A stretch of 64,000 nucleotides of DNA from assembly GCA_964016885.1 (NCBI GenBank), contig OZ024750.1, positions 46,252,001 to 46,316,000 of the forward strand, given 5' to 3'. The notes beneath the pieces were generated by a model. It had not been told where the DNA came from. It saw nothing but the letters and a program-made list of their open reading frames with translations, and searched no databases. Made by a program: the position numbers and the translations under genes. This document shows, in pieces, positions 47,990 through 63,061 of the stretch (the stretch's first letter is position 1; every line of letters begins with the position of its first letter). This DNA is from Eledone cirrhosa (lineage: Eukaryota).

Positions 47990-48144
47990 ATATCCAGGAA
48001 TGAGACTTCAACGGTTCAAGTTTTACTATCCAGGTAGATCTAGATGTCAAAACGGCTGGAACTCAGCCGTCGAGGTCCTGAATATTTTCATATTACTCAA
48101 TCTGCTATCCCCAAGTATCGTGTACTATGGTGGGTTATGGTCCA
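47990..48144 (+). mobile_element. Decayed PLE-type terminus with HHR relic
   Basis: ATGA-GAC...GTC-AAAA-CGGCTG.GAACT.CAGCCG-TC; tail GTTATGGTCCA shared with ~30782; ends in (TA)n. Confidence 0.45.
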
Positions 48145-48158
48145 TATATATATATATA

Positions 48159-49370
48159 CTAGCAGCAGTACCCAGCGTTGCCTGGGTAGGTAAAATAATA
48201 ACTGCTTTCATGAAAAGGTGTTGATCTGAGCGACTGCGAGTTCCTTGAAAATCGGTCGTAAGGTGTAGCAAATGGCAAAATGTTGAGTGAAATCGTATGG
48301 AATATGTGGGAGGTGGAAAAAAATCGTATTTCGAAGAGTTAAACGGCTGCAACGCCGTCCTTGAAGAAAAAAGGCAAAGTGTAAAGCTACTATAAGACGT
48401 GCAATGATAGGTTCTATCGAAGTATAAAAGTTGAACCAAATAAATTGATTTATGCGTGAGGTGGAGCCGAAGTTTCGAATTTGAACAAAATCGGTTGAAA
48501 AATGTGGGAGCTAATGATAGGTCACCGTCCCTTAACAGAAAATGCAAAGTGTAAAGCTACTATAAGATATGCAATTATAGGTTCTATCGAAGTATAAAAG
48601 TTGAACCAAATAAATTGATTTATGTGTGAGGTGGAGCCGAAATTTTGAATTTGAACGAAATCGATGAAAAATGTGGGAGCTAATGATAGGTTCTATCGTA
48701 GTATAAAAGTAGAACCAAATAAATTGATTTATGTGTGAGGTAGAGGCGAAGTTTCGAATTTGAAAGAAATCGGTTGAAAATGTGGGAGCTAGAGCCGAAA
48801 AGGCGGAAATTTGAGCGAAAAGGTGGCATTTTCAAATATTTAAGCGGCTGCCACGCCGTTCCAGAACAAAAAATCCAAAATGTAAAGCCACTTTAAGACG
48901 TGAAATAATCAGATCTAGCGTAGTGTAAAATTTGAACATAGTAGGTTGATTAATGTGGAAGCTAGAGCCGAAAAAGTATAAATTTAAGTCTAAAAGTGGT
49001 AGTTTTGAATATTTAAGCGGCTGCCACGCTGTCCCTGAAGAACAGATGCAAAATATAAAGGTATTACATGATGCGCAATGATAAATTCTATTATTCTTTC
49101 AAATTTGAACGAAATCCGTGGCAAAATGTGGGAGCTAGAGACAAAAATCTTATTTTTCGATGCCTAAAAAAAGGCGACCCCCCCCTATCGATTTTTATCT
49201 GCAGAATGACCCCAGAATAAAAAAAAAACGATACGTTGATATATAGAAAACACTCCCCGATGAGGAATTTATGAGCCTGTAAAGTTTCATGAAAATCGGT
49301 GGTAAGATGTAGGCCCCTATAGGTAATACACAGACATACAGACACACACACATACTTAATTATATATATA
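48159..49370 (-). mobile_element. Non-autonomous Helitron with internal tandem repeats
   Basis: Minus-strand 3' hairpin ACCCAGGCAACGCTGGGT then CTAG|T; the 5' region resembles that of 16896-17516; 5' boundary approximate. Confidence 0.72.
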
Positions 49371-50081
49371 TACACATATATATATATATTAACAAATACG
49401 GACCCCGTCTAAACACTTATCCCTAAGACGAACCCGCAACATACACACGTCAACATACATACCTACATCAGCATACATCCTACATACATTTCTATCCACA
49501 AATAAACACAATGACATACGTAAACACACATTTCTATGGTACAACACAAATATACACAAATTTGCATACCTTTTGATGTCTATAGATATAAACGTGCCGA
49601 CACACACACACACATATACGCACACATGCATTGCACACTGGTGGGCACATACATATTTGTACACAAGTACTCCCATACGGCAGGGCCTAATGGATACCCC
49701 TTGTAATACGTACAATCTGGACACTCACACACACCTTGGTGTTATGACAATACTATACATCATTTCACCCCTTTTATTATTAATGTTTCTGAAGTTCTTT
49801 TGAGAGAATCGTTTTTGCAAATTACTGAAAATATCGAATAATGTACACCATTTTTACCAGTATCACAAAAATACTGGTCCATCCACACACACACACACAC
49901 ATATATACACACACACACATATACACGCATACACTAACATACAAACAGACATATACACACACACACACTTCTCCGTATAAGACAAGAGCTGAAAAATATC
50001 TTTCAACATGTTAAAATAACCCCCACACACGTACAGACACATTCCTACTGACCGAATCCCTCTACCACGAACCACTCTGCT

Positions 50082-50116
<35 letters not shown>

Positions 50117-50119
50117 CAC

Positions 50120-50150
<31 letters not shown>

Positions 50151-50252
50151 TTTGTCATAATAGACACCTGAACTGTTAACTTTTCAACATGACTGCAATT
50201 CACACACATCCCTACTGACCATTATCACAACAATGAACCTCTTTACTACACA

Positions 50253-50312
<60 letters not shown>

Positions 50313-51050
50313 TTGTCTTTAAAGACTTATTTTTCTGTGACTTCTCAATCAGGTGAAAAAGGACACTCTTCGACAAACCTACATTTGGCGCAAAATCAAT
50401 TTTTAACATTCACGTGACCTCTACCGACCAATCAAAATTGTTTTGACTATAAGAATTGTTTTGGCAACACGAATTGCCGCGATATTTATAGTTCTCATTC
50501 ACGTGACATTCAACAACCAACCAAATCTTAATACCTCTGGAGCCACTTTTTTCACATAAAACAGGTAGAATTTCCAAAACTGATCAGATCAGAGCAAACA
50601 TCACGGACGCTCTATCTCAAAATTATTTTTGAAAAGCATTAGAAATGCGCAACCGGTTAAAACTTAAAACTAAAACTGAATACTAACCAATACTTATTAC
50701 TAATTTATACTTATTCCTAATTAAACTATTTTTGACTGAGAAAATATTGTCACATTTTCTTTTCCTTTTACTAATATATATATAAATATATATATGATGA
50801 AACACAAATACCAACATATCTGTATTTATATTGCAAAAGAAAATTTAGCCAGTGAAGCATATCAATTTGTCCCTGGATGTTTACTGAAGAGAGCAGGACA
50901 TGATATTCCTTACACTTTTTCATCTCGAAACATATTTGGATTTTAAGTTTAAACTTATCTACGGAACAGGTTTGATTTTGAAATTTAAATGTGTCTAAAT
51001 ATCATGGCCATTTGGCAATACAGTTCGTCTTTGTTGATTTATTATTTTAA

Positions 51051-51233
51051 GTGGATTGGCAGTATAGGTAGAAGGTCGGACGCCATGTTTTCCAGCATAG
51101 TTACGTCCCTTTACGATCTGAGTTCAAATCCCGCCGAGGTTGACTTTGCCTTTCATCCTTACGGGGTCGATAAAATAAAGTACAGTAATGCACTGGATAA
51201 TTGCTGGCCTTGTGCCTAAAGTAGAAACAATTA
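51051..51233 (+). mobile_element. tRNA-derived SINE
   Basis: Near-identical to 10930-11110. Confidence 0.85.
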
Positions 51234-51427
51234 TTTTAAATCGATATGGACAAGCTGTAATATTATAATTAGTATACTTCATTCTGGCTGAATTTTCTTT
51301 GCAATATAAATACAGATATGTTGGTATTTGTGTTTCATCATATATATTAGTTTATACACGGCTCAGAAATATTTCTTTCTTTGAACTAATTTCATTGTAA
51401 AAGAATTCATTACACTTAATATAAATA

Positions 51428-51505
<78 letters not shown>

Positions 51506-51508
51506 ATT

Positions 51509-51541
<33 letters not shown>

Positions 51542-51608
51542 ATTTATATATATATATATTTATATATATATATATTTATATATATATATATTTATATATA
51601 TATATATT

Positions 51609-51639
<31 letters not shown>

Positions 51640-51684
51640 ATATTTATATATTTATATATATATATATTTATATATATATATATT

Positions 51685-51719
<35 letters not shown>

Positions 51720-51722
51720 ATT

Positions 51723-51773
<51 letters not shown>

Positions 51774-51776
51774 ATT

Positions 51777-51868
<92 letters not shown>

Positions 51869-51900
51869 TATATATATATATATTTATATATATATATATT

Positions 51901-51931
<31 letters not shown>

Positions 51932-52066
51932 ATTTATATATATATATTTATATATATATATTTATATATATATATATTTATATATATATATTTATATATA
52001 TATATTTATATATATATATTTATATATATATATTTATATATATATATATTTATATATATATATATT

Positions 52067-52098
<32 letters not shown>

Positions 52099-52220
52099 TA
52101 TATATATATATATTTATATATATATATTTATATATATATATATTTATATATATATATATTTATATATATATATTTATATATATATATTTATATATATATA
52201 TATTTATATATATATATATT

Positions 52221-52252
<32 letters not shown>

Positions 52253-52559
52253 TATATATATATATATTTATATATATATATTTATATATATATATATTTA
52301 TATATATATATATTTATATATATATATATTTATATATATATATATTTATATATATATATATTTATATATATATATATTTATATATATTTATATATATATA
52401 TATTTATATATATTTATATATATATATATTTACACCCCGTCCCACCACCCCCACCCCCACCCGATCCACACCACCCCGTTCTATGTAAAGTTATGTTGGT
52501 GCCGCGCCTTCGAGGCCGAAACAAATGAGATCGTGTAGGTGTCATGACAAAAAAACACA

Positions 52560-52790
52560 CAGTCCACGCTGTAATGTGGCCGTGTAGGCAACACGGTAAA
52601 AACCTCCCAGACCCACACTGTAAATGTGGTTGGTGTTAGGAAGGGCATCCAACTGTAGAAAACCTGCCAGACAGTCCTATGCGAGCAAGACAATCACTCT
52701 TGCCTCAAGTGGGACTACCCCCGTCCAAACCCATGCAAGCGTGGAACACGGACGTTAAACGTTGATGATGATGATGATGATGATGATGAT
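52560..52790 (+). mobile_element. SINE 3' part with (GAT)n tail
   Basis: GTTAGGAAGGGCATCCA...GGACGTTAAAC followed by (GAT)n. Confidence 0.6.
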
Positions 52791-52797
52791 ATATATT

Positions 52798-52846
<49 letters not shown>

Positions 52847-53142
52847 ATTTATATATATATATATTTATATATATATAAACGGAAAAAATGAAACGATATT
52901 TCATTTCCCACTCTTAGTACGGCTGTTACTTAAATATAAGTATGTACACGTACATACATATATGTATACCGACGTACAGTAGTATGTATATATATATATA
53001 CATACATGCACACATATATATATGCACGTATGGATTCACCGAACATTTATTATAATGCTCGGTGTGTTTGTAAACAAACATCCCGTATAAGCCGTAGTGT
53101 CTAGCAACCACCGTTGCTCGTTTGTTCAACACTGACAAAGGA

Positions 53143-53185
53143 ACGCTGTACTAGTTTCCAGCTTGTTAGCTATCGTCAGCAACGT
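53143..53185 (-). ncRNA. Minimal hammerhead family H, inverted copy
   Basis: ACGTTG-CTGACGA-TAGCT.AACA.AGCTG-GAAA-CTAG-TA-CAGCGT. Confidence 0.83.
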
Positions 53186-53201
53186 ATACCTTCCTGCCAG
53201 A

Positions 53202-53238
53202 TTGCTGACGATAGCTAACAAGCTTGAAACTAGTACAG
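53202..53238 (+). ncRNA. Minimal hammerhead family H, stem I shortened by the inversion junction
   Basis: TTG-CTGACGA...GAAA-CTAG-TA-CAG. Confidence 0.75.
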
Positions 53239-53618
53239 CGTTCCTTTGTCAGTGTTGAACAAACGAGCAACGGTGGTTGCTAGACACTACGGCTTAATAC
53301 GGGATGTTTGTTTACAAACACACCGAGCATTATAATAAATGTTCGGTGAATCCATACGTGCATATATATATGTGTGCATGTATGTATATATATATACATA
53401 CTACTGTACGTCGGTATACATATATGTATGTACGTGTACATACTTATATTTAAGTAACAGCCGTACTAAGAGTGGGAAATGAAATATCGTTTCATTTTTT
53501 CCGTTTATCGTTTTCGGTGCACCCGGCCGATTAACCCACTCGATATGCATATTGGGCTACTCAGCCGTTAATATGCATAAGGTAAGTATATACGTTCAAC
53601 AATCTGGCAGGAAGGTAT

Positions 53619-53661
53619 ACGTTGCTGACGATAGCTAACAAGCTTGAAACTAGTACAGCGT
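53619..53661 (+). ncRNA. Minimal hammerhead family H
   Basis: ACGTTG-CTGACGA-T.AGCT.AACA.AGCT.T-GAAA-CTAG-TA-CAGCGT. Confidence 0.87.
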
Positions 53662-54041
53662 TCCTTTGTCAGTGTTGAACAAACGAGCAACGGTGGTTGC
53701 TAGACACTACGGCTTAATACGGGATGTTTGTTTACAAACACACCGAGCATTATAATAAATGTTCGGTGAATCCATACGTGCATATATATATGTGTGCATG
53801 TATGTATATATATATATACATACTACTGTACGTCGGTATACATATATGTATGTACGTGTACATACTTATATTTAAGTAACAGCCGTACTAAGAGTGGGAA
53901 ATGAAATATCGTTTCATTTTTTCCGTTTATCGTTTTCGGTGCACCCGGCCGATTAACCCACTCGATATGCATATTGGGCTACTCAGCCGTTAATATGCAT
54001 AAGGTAAGTATATACGTTTCAACAATCTGGCAGGAAGGTAT

Positions 54042-54084
54042 ACGTTGCTGACGATAGCTAACAAGCTTGAAACTAGTACAGCGT
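54042..54084 (+). ncRNA. Minimal hammerhead family H
   Basis: Identical to 53619-53661. Confidence 0.87.
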
Positions 54085-54310
54085 TCCTTTGTCAGTGTTG
54101 AACAAACGAGCAACGGTGGTTGCTAGACACTACGGCTTAATACGGGATGTTTGTTTACAAACACACCGAGCATTATAATAAATGTTCGGTGAATCCATAC
54201 GTGCATATATATATGTGTGCATGTATGTATATATATATATACATACTACTGTACGTCGGTATACATATATGTATGTACGTGTACATACTTATATATATAT
54301 ATATATATTT

Positions 54311-54561
<251 letters not shown>

Positions 54562-54605
54562 ATATTATTATATATATATATATATTATTATATATATATA
54601 TATAT

Positions 54606-54734
<129 letters not shown>

Positions 54735-54780
54735 ATATATTTATATATAATATATATATTTATATATATATATATATTAT

Positions 54781-54853
<73 letters not shown>

Positions 54854-54897
54854 ATATTATTATATATATATATATATTATATATATATATATATTAT

Positions 54898-54946
<49 letters not shown>

Positions 54947-54960
54947 ATATTTATATAAAT

Positions 54961-55009
<49 letters not shown>

Positions 55010-55070
55010 ATAATATATATATATATTAATATATATATATATAATAATATATATATATATATTATATATA

Positions 55071-55125
<55 letters not shown>

Positions 55126-55127
55126 TT

Positions 55128-55370
<243 letters not shown>

Positions 55371-55570
55371 NNNNNNNNNNNNNNNNNNNNNNNNNNNNNN
55401 NNNNNNNNNNNNNNNNNNNNNNNNNNNNNNNNNNNNNNNNNNNNNNNNNNNNNNNNNNNNNNNNNNNNNNNNNNNNNNNNNNNNNNNNNNNNNNNNNNNN
55501 NNNNNNNNNNNNNNNNNNNNNNNNNNNNNNNNNNNNNNNNNNNNNNNNNNNNNNNNNNNNNNNNNNNNNN
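55371..55570. other. Assembly gap (200 N) inside (TA)n
   Basis: N run. Confidence 1.
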
Positions 55571-55599
55571 ATACATATATGTATGTACGTGTACATACT

Positions 55600-55871
<272 letters not shown>

Positions 55872-55915
55872 ATATTATTATATATATATATATATTATTA
55901 TATATATATATATAT

Positions 55916-56084
<169 letters not shown>

Positions 56085-56091
56085 ATATTAT

Positions 56092-56164
<73 letters not shown>

Positions 56165-56208
56165 ATATTATTATATATATATATATATTATATATATATA
56201 TATATTAT

Positions 56209-56275
<67 letters not shown>

Positions 56276-56352
56276 ATATTTATATATATATTTATATATA
56301 TATATATATTTATATATATATTTATATATATATATATATTTATATATATATT

Positions 56353-56429
<77 letters not shown>

Positions 56430-56436
56430 ATATTTA

Positions 56437-56591
<155 letters not shown>

Positions 56592-56592
56592 T

Positions 56593-56623
<31 letters not shown>

Positions 56624-56626
56624 ATT

Positions 56627-56679
<53 letters not shown>

Positions 56680-56716
56680 TTATATATATATATTTATATA
56701 TATATTTATATATATA

Positions 56717-56785
<69 letters not shown>

Positions 56786-56886
56786 TTATATATATATTTA
56801 TATATATATATTTATATATATATTTATATATATATATATTTATATATTTATATATATATATTTATATATATATATTTATATATATA

Positions 56887-56971
<85 letters not shown>

Positions 56972-57094
56972 GGAGGTGAGTTTTATTGTAGTACAATAAA
57001 GCAATGCAGATATCGGATAAGAAGCACTCTACAGTTTGTGGGACTGGAGTATGCATAATATAAGATCAAAAGATGGTTAAAGGAGTTCAATATA

Positions 57095-57161
57095 TTTTAT
57101 TATGCGCATTTCAAAAACAAACATCATCAAACAATAATATTTGTGTTTTCATCAGATAAAA
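57095..57161 (-). ncRNA. Hammerhead family C
   Basis: Reverse complement of 61652-61718. Confidence 0.85.
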
Positions 57162-58395
57162 CAGGAGAACATGATATGAAGGCTAAAAAAACACTTGTTG
57201 ATAGTGCAGTTTTAAATCAACATATGAAAAGTGGTTTTAGATTGATGTGTGATATTGGGAAAAATATTTTATTTAGAGAGGGGGGGAGAGAAAAGGATGA
57301 AAAGGGAAGGAGATGAGAGGGAGAGATGGGTGATAGAGAGAAAGAGATAGTTTTTATAACAGAGAGGAGATATATTTTATATAGAGGGGTTGAAAACCGT
57401 TGGAAGATACTGTATAAATTAAAAATTTTGAAAATTAACGAAGGGAGGATATGTGCGAGGAAAAAATATATTATATTTAGGGAGGGGTGGGGGTGGAAAG
57501 GATGAAAAAAAGGGGAGGAGATGAGAGTGAAGGTGGAAAGGGAGAGATGGGTGATAGAGAGAAAGAGATAGTTTTTATAACTGAGAAAAAGATATAATGT
57601 TTTAATATAGAGAGGTTGGGAACCGTTGGAAGATAATGTATAAATTAAAGGAATTTGAAAATTAACGAAGGGAAATTATGTATGGAGATAGAGAGAAAAA
57701 AATAACGAAGGGAGATTATGTATGGAGATAGAGAGAAAAAAAATAATAATTGTGGGTGAATATTCAAAAGGAGAAATGTAGGAATTTTAAAATTAGCAAA
57801 GAGAAAAAGTTTATGTATAGGATTTGAGAAAAATAATGTGAAGTTAAAGTTTTTATATTGAATTCATATGTATTAATAATGAGTTCGTTGATGGGGAGAA
57901 AAAAATAATAATAAATTAAGGATGAAATTGAGATTAAAAAGATTTATGATAGAGAGAAAAAATAATAATGATTGCGGATGAATACTCAAAATGTCAAAAA
58001 CAAATGTTATTGTTTTACGAGGAGATATAATGAGGGTGATGAGTAAACGGGTATTATAGAGTGTATAATGCCCTTTAAAGTAAGGTAGATGGGTATATTT
58101 TAAAGAATATATGAGTATATATTAAAAAAAATATATAATAATAAATTAAGGATGAAATTGAGATTAAAAAGATTTATGATAGAGGGAAAAAAAAAATAAT
58201 AATGATTGCGGATGAATATTCAAAATGTCAAAAACAAATGTTATTGTTTTACGAGAAGATAGGATGAGGTAAATGAGTAAACGAGTACTATAGAGTGTAT
58301 AATGCCCTTTAAAGTAAGGTAGATGGGTATATTTTAAAGAGGTGTATGTATATGTGCCTTTGAGAAAAGATTCTAAATTGATAAAGAATTGAATA

Positions 58396-59277
58396 TTAAC
58401 TGTATACTTTGTGAAAAGTTCTATGGAATTTATGCAGGCAGATGGAAAACAAATCCGAGCGTCTATTTATTATGGATTCTAGGTTAGAGATAATGGTAAA
58501 TTTTTCATTTAGGCAGAGATTACAGATTTTAGATAGAGAACTGTTCAAGTACGAGGATGCAGAAGAAATCTTTTTCCAAAAGATGTTATATTTAATGTTT
58601 TTGTCTTTTAAGGACCATATGAGTTCTGAGAGAGCAGTGTTAGTTCTTTTAAGTTTGTATTTGAAAGATGAATGATGATTATAGAGACGAGCTTTAAAAG
58701 AGGTGGAAGTGGAGCCAAAATAGGTGAAGGAGTTGGTGCTAGTTATAATTTTACATTCATAAATTAAGTTTTTATCGAGGCAATGGTTGTTGAGAGGACA
58801 TTTATTTTTAATGCGGCAGTTGCAATTAGAGAGATTATTAATGAGTGATCTAGTGTTATCTATAGAAGGAATTGGATTGGAGAAGTTGTTTGCGATAGGA
58901 ATAATAGGAATAATAGTTTCTTGATTTAGAGTTGGATTATGAACATTTAGCGAAGTTGTGTTTGACGTTGCATTTGGGTTTACAGAAGTTAGCCTAGGGT
59001 TTACAATGACGTCAGGAGTACTATTATTGTTATTATGAGATTCAATATTGGAAGGAAGAGATTTAGTATTTAATATTTTGTTGTTGTGTTTAGAAATGAT
59101 GTTGGAAATATTGGAGGATGTAGAATACGAAAATTTAATGGTGTGTTTGTTAAATATTTTACTATAGATATGTGAGGGAGGGAAGCATTTATTTAAGGCA
59201 CTAAAAAATAATTTAGGAATATTGTTATTAATAGAGATGGAGAAAGGAGCATTATACCAGATTATGTTTTTGTATCT
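58396..59277 (-). pseudogene. PLE3 GIY-YIG fragment (left arm)
   Basis: IIWYNAPFS...CNCRIKNKCPL..C..LIY..YFGST..CNLC..CLHK; the N-terminal ~78 aa of ORF 58396..59511 are antisense spacer. Confidence 0.88.
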
Positions 59278-60417
59278 GAGAATCTTAATTATGTTAACTT
59301 TAAATCTAACCATCCTACCAATATCAAGAATGCTATAGTTAATAATATTGGAAATAGAATATCTAACATATCTTCTAATAAAAACATCTTTGATGCTAAC
59401 GCCAATTACTATAATAACGCACTTTCTAAAGCCGGCTATCCAGATAAAATCAAATATAATAAAGAAACAAATTCTAGGAAAACTTACAGTAGAATATTTA
59501 ATCATAACCATTCCAATAATTTTAATAAAAGACCTAGATACAAAAACATAATCTGGTATAATGCTCCTTTCTCCATCTCTATTAATAACAATATTCCTAA
59601 ATTATTTTTTAGTGCCTTAAATAAATGCTTCCCTCCCTCACATATCTATAGTAAAATATTTAACAAACACACCATTAAATTTTCGTATTCTACATCCTCC
59701 AATATTTCCAACATCATTTCTAAACACAACAACAAAATATTAAATACTAAATCTCTTCCTTCCAATATTGAATCTCATAATAACAATAATAGTACTCCTG
59801 ACGTCATTGTAAACCCTAGGCTAACTTCTGTAAACCCAAATGCAACGTCAAACACAACTTCGCTAAATGTTCATAATCCAACTCTAAATCAAGAAACTAT
59901 TATTCCTATTATTCCTATCGCAAACAACTTCTCCAATCCAATTCCTTCTATAGATAACACTAGATCACTCATTAATAATCTCTCTAATTGCAACTGCCGC
60001 ATTAAAAATAAATGTCCTCTCAACAACCATTGCCTCGATAAAAACTTAATTTATGAATGTAAAATTATAACTAGCACCAACTCCTTCACCTATTTTGGCT
60101 CCACTTCCACCTCTTTTAAAGCTCGTCTCTATAATCATCATTCATCTTTCAAATACAAACTTAAAAGAACTAACACTGCTCTCTCAGAACTCATATGGTC
60201 CTTAAAAGACAAAAACATTAAATATAACATCTTTTGGAAAAAGATTTCTTCTGCATCCTCGTACTTGAACAGTTCTCTATCTAAAATCTGTAATCTCTGC
60301 CTAAATGAAAAATTTACCATTATCTCTAACCTAGAATCCATAATAAATAGACGCTCGGATTTGTTTTCCATCTGCCTGCATAAATTCCATAGAACTTTTC
60401 ACAAAGTATACAGTTAA
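59278..60417 (+). pseudogene. PLE3 RT thumb + GIY-YIG fragment (right arm; no start codon, absent from the ORF track)
   Basis: Hand translation ENLNYVNFKSNHPTNIKNAIVNNIGNRISNISSN..YYNNALSKAGY, continuing in frame to TAA 60415-60417. Confidence 0.88.
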
Positions 60418-61651
60418 TATTCAATTCTTTATCAATTTAGAATCTTTTCTCAAAGGCACATATACATACACCTCTTTAAAATATACCCATCTACCTTACT
60501 TTAAAGGGCATTATACACTCTATAGTACTCGTTTACTCATTTACCTCATCCTATCTTCTCGTAAAACAATAACATTTGTTTTTGACATTTTGAATATTCA
60601 TCCGCAATCATTATTATTTTTTTTCCCTCTATCATAAATCTTTTTAATCTCAATTTCATCCTTAATTTATTATTATATATTTTTTTTAATATATACTCAT
60701 ATATTCTTTAAAATATACCCATCTACCTTACTTTAAAGGGCATTATACACTCTATAATACCCGTTTACTCATCACCCTCATTATATCTCCTCGTAAAACA
60801 ATAACATTTGTTTTTGACATTTTGAGTATTCATCCGCAATCATTATTATTTTTTCTCTCTATCATAAATCTTTTTAATCTCAATTTCATCCTTAATTTAT
60901 TATTATTTTTTTCTCCCCATCAACGAACTCATTATTAATACATATGAATTCAATATAAAAACTTTAACTTCACATTATTTTTCTCAAATCCTATACATAA
61001 ACTTTTTCTCTTTGCTAATTTTAAAATTCCTACATTTCTCCTTTTGAATATTCACCCACAATTATTATTTTTTTTCTCTCTATCTCCATACATAATCTCC
61101 CTTCGTTATTTTTTTCTCTCTATCTCCATACATAATTTCCCTTCGTTAATTTTCAAATTCCTTTAATTTATACATTATCTTCCAACGGTTCCCAACCTCT
61201 CTATATTAAAACATTATATCTTTTTCTCAGTTATAAAAACTATCTCTTTCTCTCTATCACCCATCTCTCCCTTTCCACCTTCACTCTCATCTCCTCCCCT
61301 TTTTTTCATCCTTTCCACCCCCACCCCTCCCTAAATATAATATATTTTTTCCTCGCACATATCCTCCCTTCGTTAATTTTCAAAATTTTTAATTTATACA
61401 GTATCTTCCAACGGTTTTCAACCCCTCTATATAAAATATATCTCCTCTCTGTTATAAAAACTATCTCTTTCTCTCTATCACCCATCTCTCCCTCTCATCT
61501 CCTTCCCTTTTCATCCTTTTCTCTCCCCCCCTCTCTAAATAAAATATTTTTCCCAATATCACACATCAATCTAAAACCACTTTTCATATGTTGATTTAAA
61601 ACTGCACTATCAACAAGTGTTTTTTTAGCCTTCATATCATATGTTCTCCTG

Positions 61652-61718
61652 TTTTATCTGATGAAAACACAAATATTATTGTTTGATGATGTTTGTTTTT
61701 GAAATGCGCATAATAAAA
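61652..61718 (+). ncRNA. Hammerhead family C at the PLE3 3' end
   Basis: TTTTAT-CTGATGA...GAAA-TGCGCA-TA-ATAAAA. Confidence 0.85.
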
Positions 61719-61751
61719 TATATTGAACTCCTTTAACCATCTTTTGATCTC

Positions 61752-61809
<58 letters not shown>

Positions 61810-61881
61810 CATATTTATATATATATATTTATATATATATATTTATATATATATATTTATATATATATATTTATATATATA

Positions 61882-61981
<100 letters not shown>

Positions 61982-62015
61982 AATAAATAAATATATATAT
62001 ATATATATATATATT

Positions 62016-62116
62016 TAGGACCCCGATGGCTGAGCTCAAGCCGTTTCGACGACTAATTCTGGTCCAGAATTAGCCGTCGAAACGGCTTGAGCTCAGCCGT
62101 CGGGGTCCTACTCGTT

Positions 62117-62120
<4 letters not shown>
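62016..62120. mobile_element. Fold-back mini-insertion with two HHR 3' halves, in (TA)n
   Basis: Inverted repeat 62016-62110 centred on 62063; GAAA-CGGCT.TGAGCTC.AGCCG-TC-GGGG; no CTGANGA. Confidence 0.65.
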
Positions 62121-62176
<56 letters not shown>

Positions 62177-62694
62177 ATATATATATATATTTATATATAC
62201 AAATACATACATATACATATACATTCATATACACACACACCCGACATACACGCAGACTCACACACAGACAAACACAGACACACACATACATATATCAAGA
62301 CAAGACATATTAATTAGATTCTAAGCCTGGCTTACCTACAACATGCTGTAAAGCAGAATAAGAACATGAACTAGATAAACGAAAATACAGCGAAACATGG
62401 ATATAAGAAATATTTATCAATGAGAAGTTGGATATGAAAAACAATGGAAATAAATGAAGAGTTAAGATGGAGATCGATAGAGGATTTTCATATGTATTAA
62501 CTAAAGTCACTCACAAAGATAAAACTCAACTGTAAAATAGCAACAACAACAGCAAATGCGAAGCTGATCTCTGTAGCCTGAACGGAAACCGAAACGAACA
62601 TCAATATCGCCAGGATAAATAAAATAATCTATGTATCAGACATATTAGTCACAAACGAAAATGAGTATTTTTTTAGAACTCTTAATGTGAGTGG

Positions 62695-63030
62695 ACGTGA
62701 CATGGCCTAACGGTTAAGAGGTTTGTTTGGTAATCAGTAGTTTCCGGGTTCGATTCTATTGCGTGGTATCTTGGATATATGCCATTTATCATAATTACGC
62801 TTTCACCTAAATCAGGTATGTCAAACTGAGGGTTCCTCGAGGGCCACCCGAGTCACATATGTGTTTTCTGAGAGCCAAACATAACAACTAATTGCGTACA
62901 TTACAACTAATATGTTTTTAAATTTTGTATTACGCTCGCGCTGTAAAAACCTTTGTGTGGGTCGCAGGTGTTCTTGTAAAGGGCCGCATGTTTAATATGC
63001 CTGACCTATATACTTGTAAATGAAATTAGG
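62695..63030 (+). mobile_element. Decayed tRNA-derived SINE interrupted by a hAT MITE
   Basis: TGGCCTAACGGTTAAG A-box and GGTTCGATTC B-box. Confidence 0.55.
62813..63003. mobile_element. hAT MITE
   Basis: TSD ACCTAAAT/ACCTATAT; TIRs CAGGTATGTCAAAC / GTTTAATATGCCTG. Confidence 0.75.
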
Positions 63031-63061
63031 CAGAGGGGAAAGACTTTGTAATCGCATCAAA

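Larger units (their letters stand above)
52875..54292. mobile_element. Non-coding HHR tandem array (retrozyme-like or tandem pLTR): one inverted partial unit + ~2.6 direct 420-423-bp units
   Basis: CTGACGA at 53205, 53625, 54048; 52875-53204 is the reverse complement; (TA)n flanks; no coding capacity. Confidence 0.85.
56969..61755. mobile_element. Penelope-like element 3: two 5'-truncated copies joined as a palindrome, in (TA)n
   Basis: Arms 57063-59277 and 59536-61750 are near-identical inverted repeats with a 258-bp spacer. Confidence 0.93.

Noticed and set aside
58396-59511. 371-aa stand-alone endonuclease gene
   Set aside because: Chimeric: the N-terminus is the antisense of the palindrome spacer.
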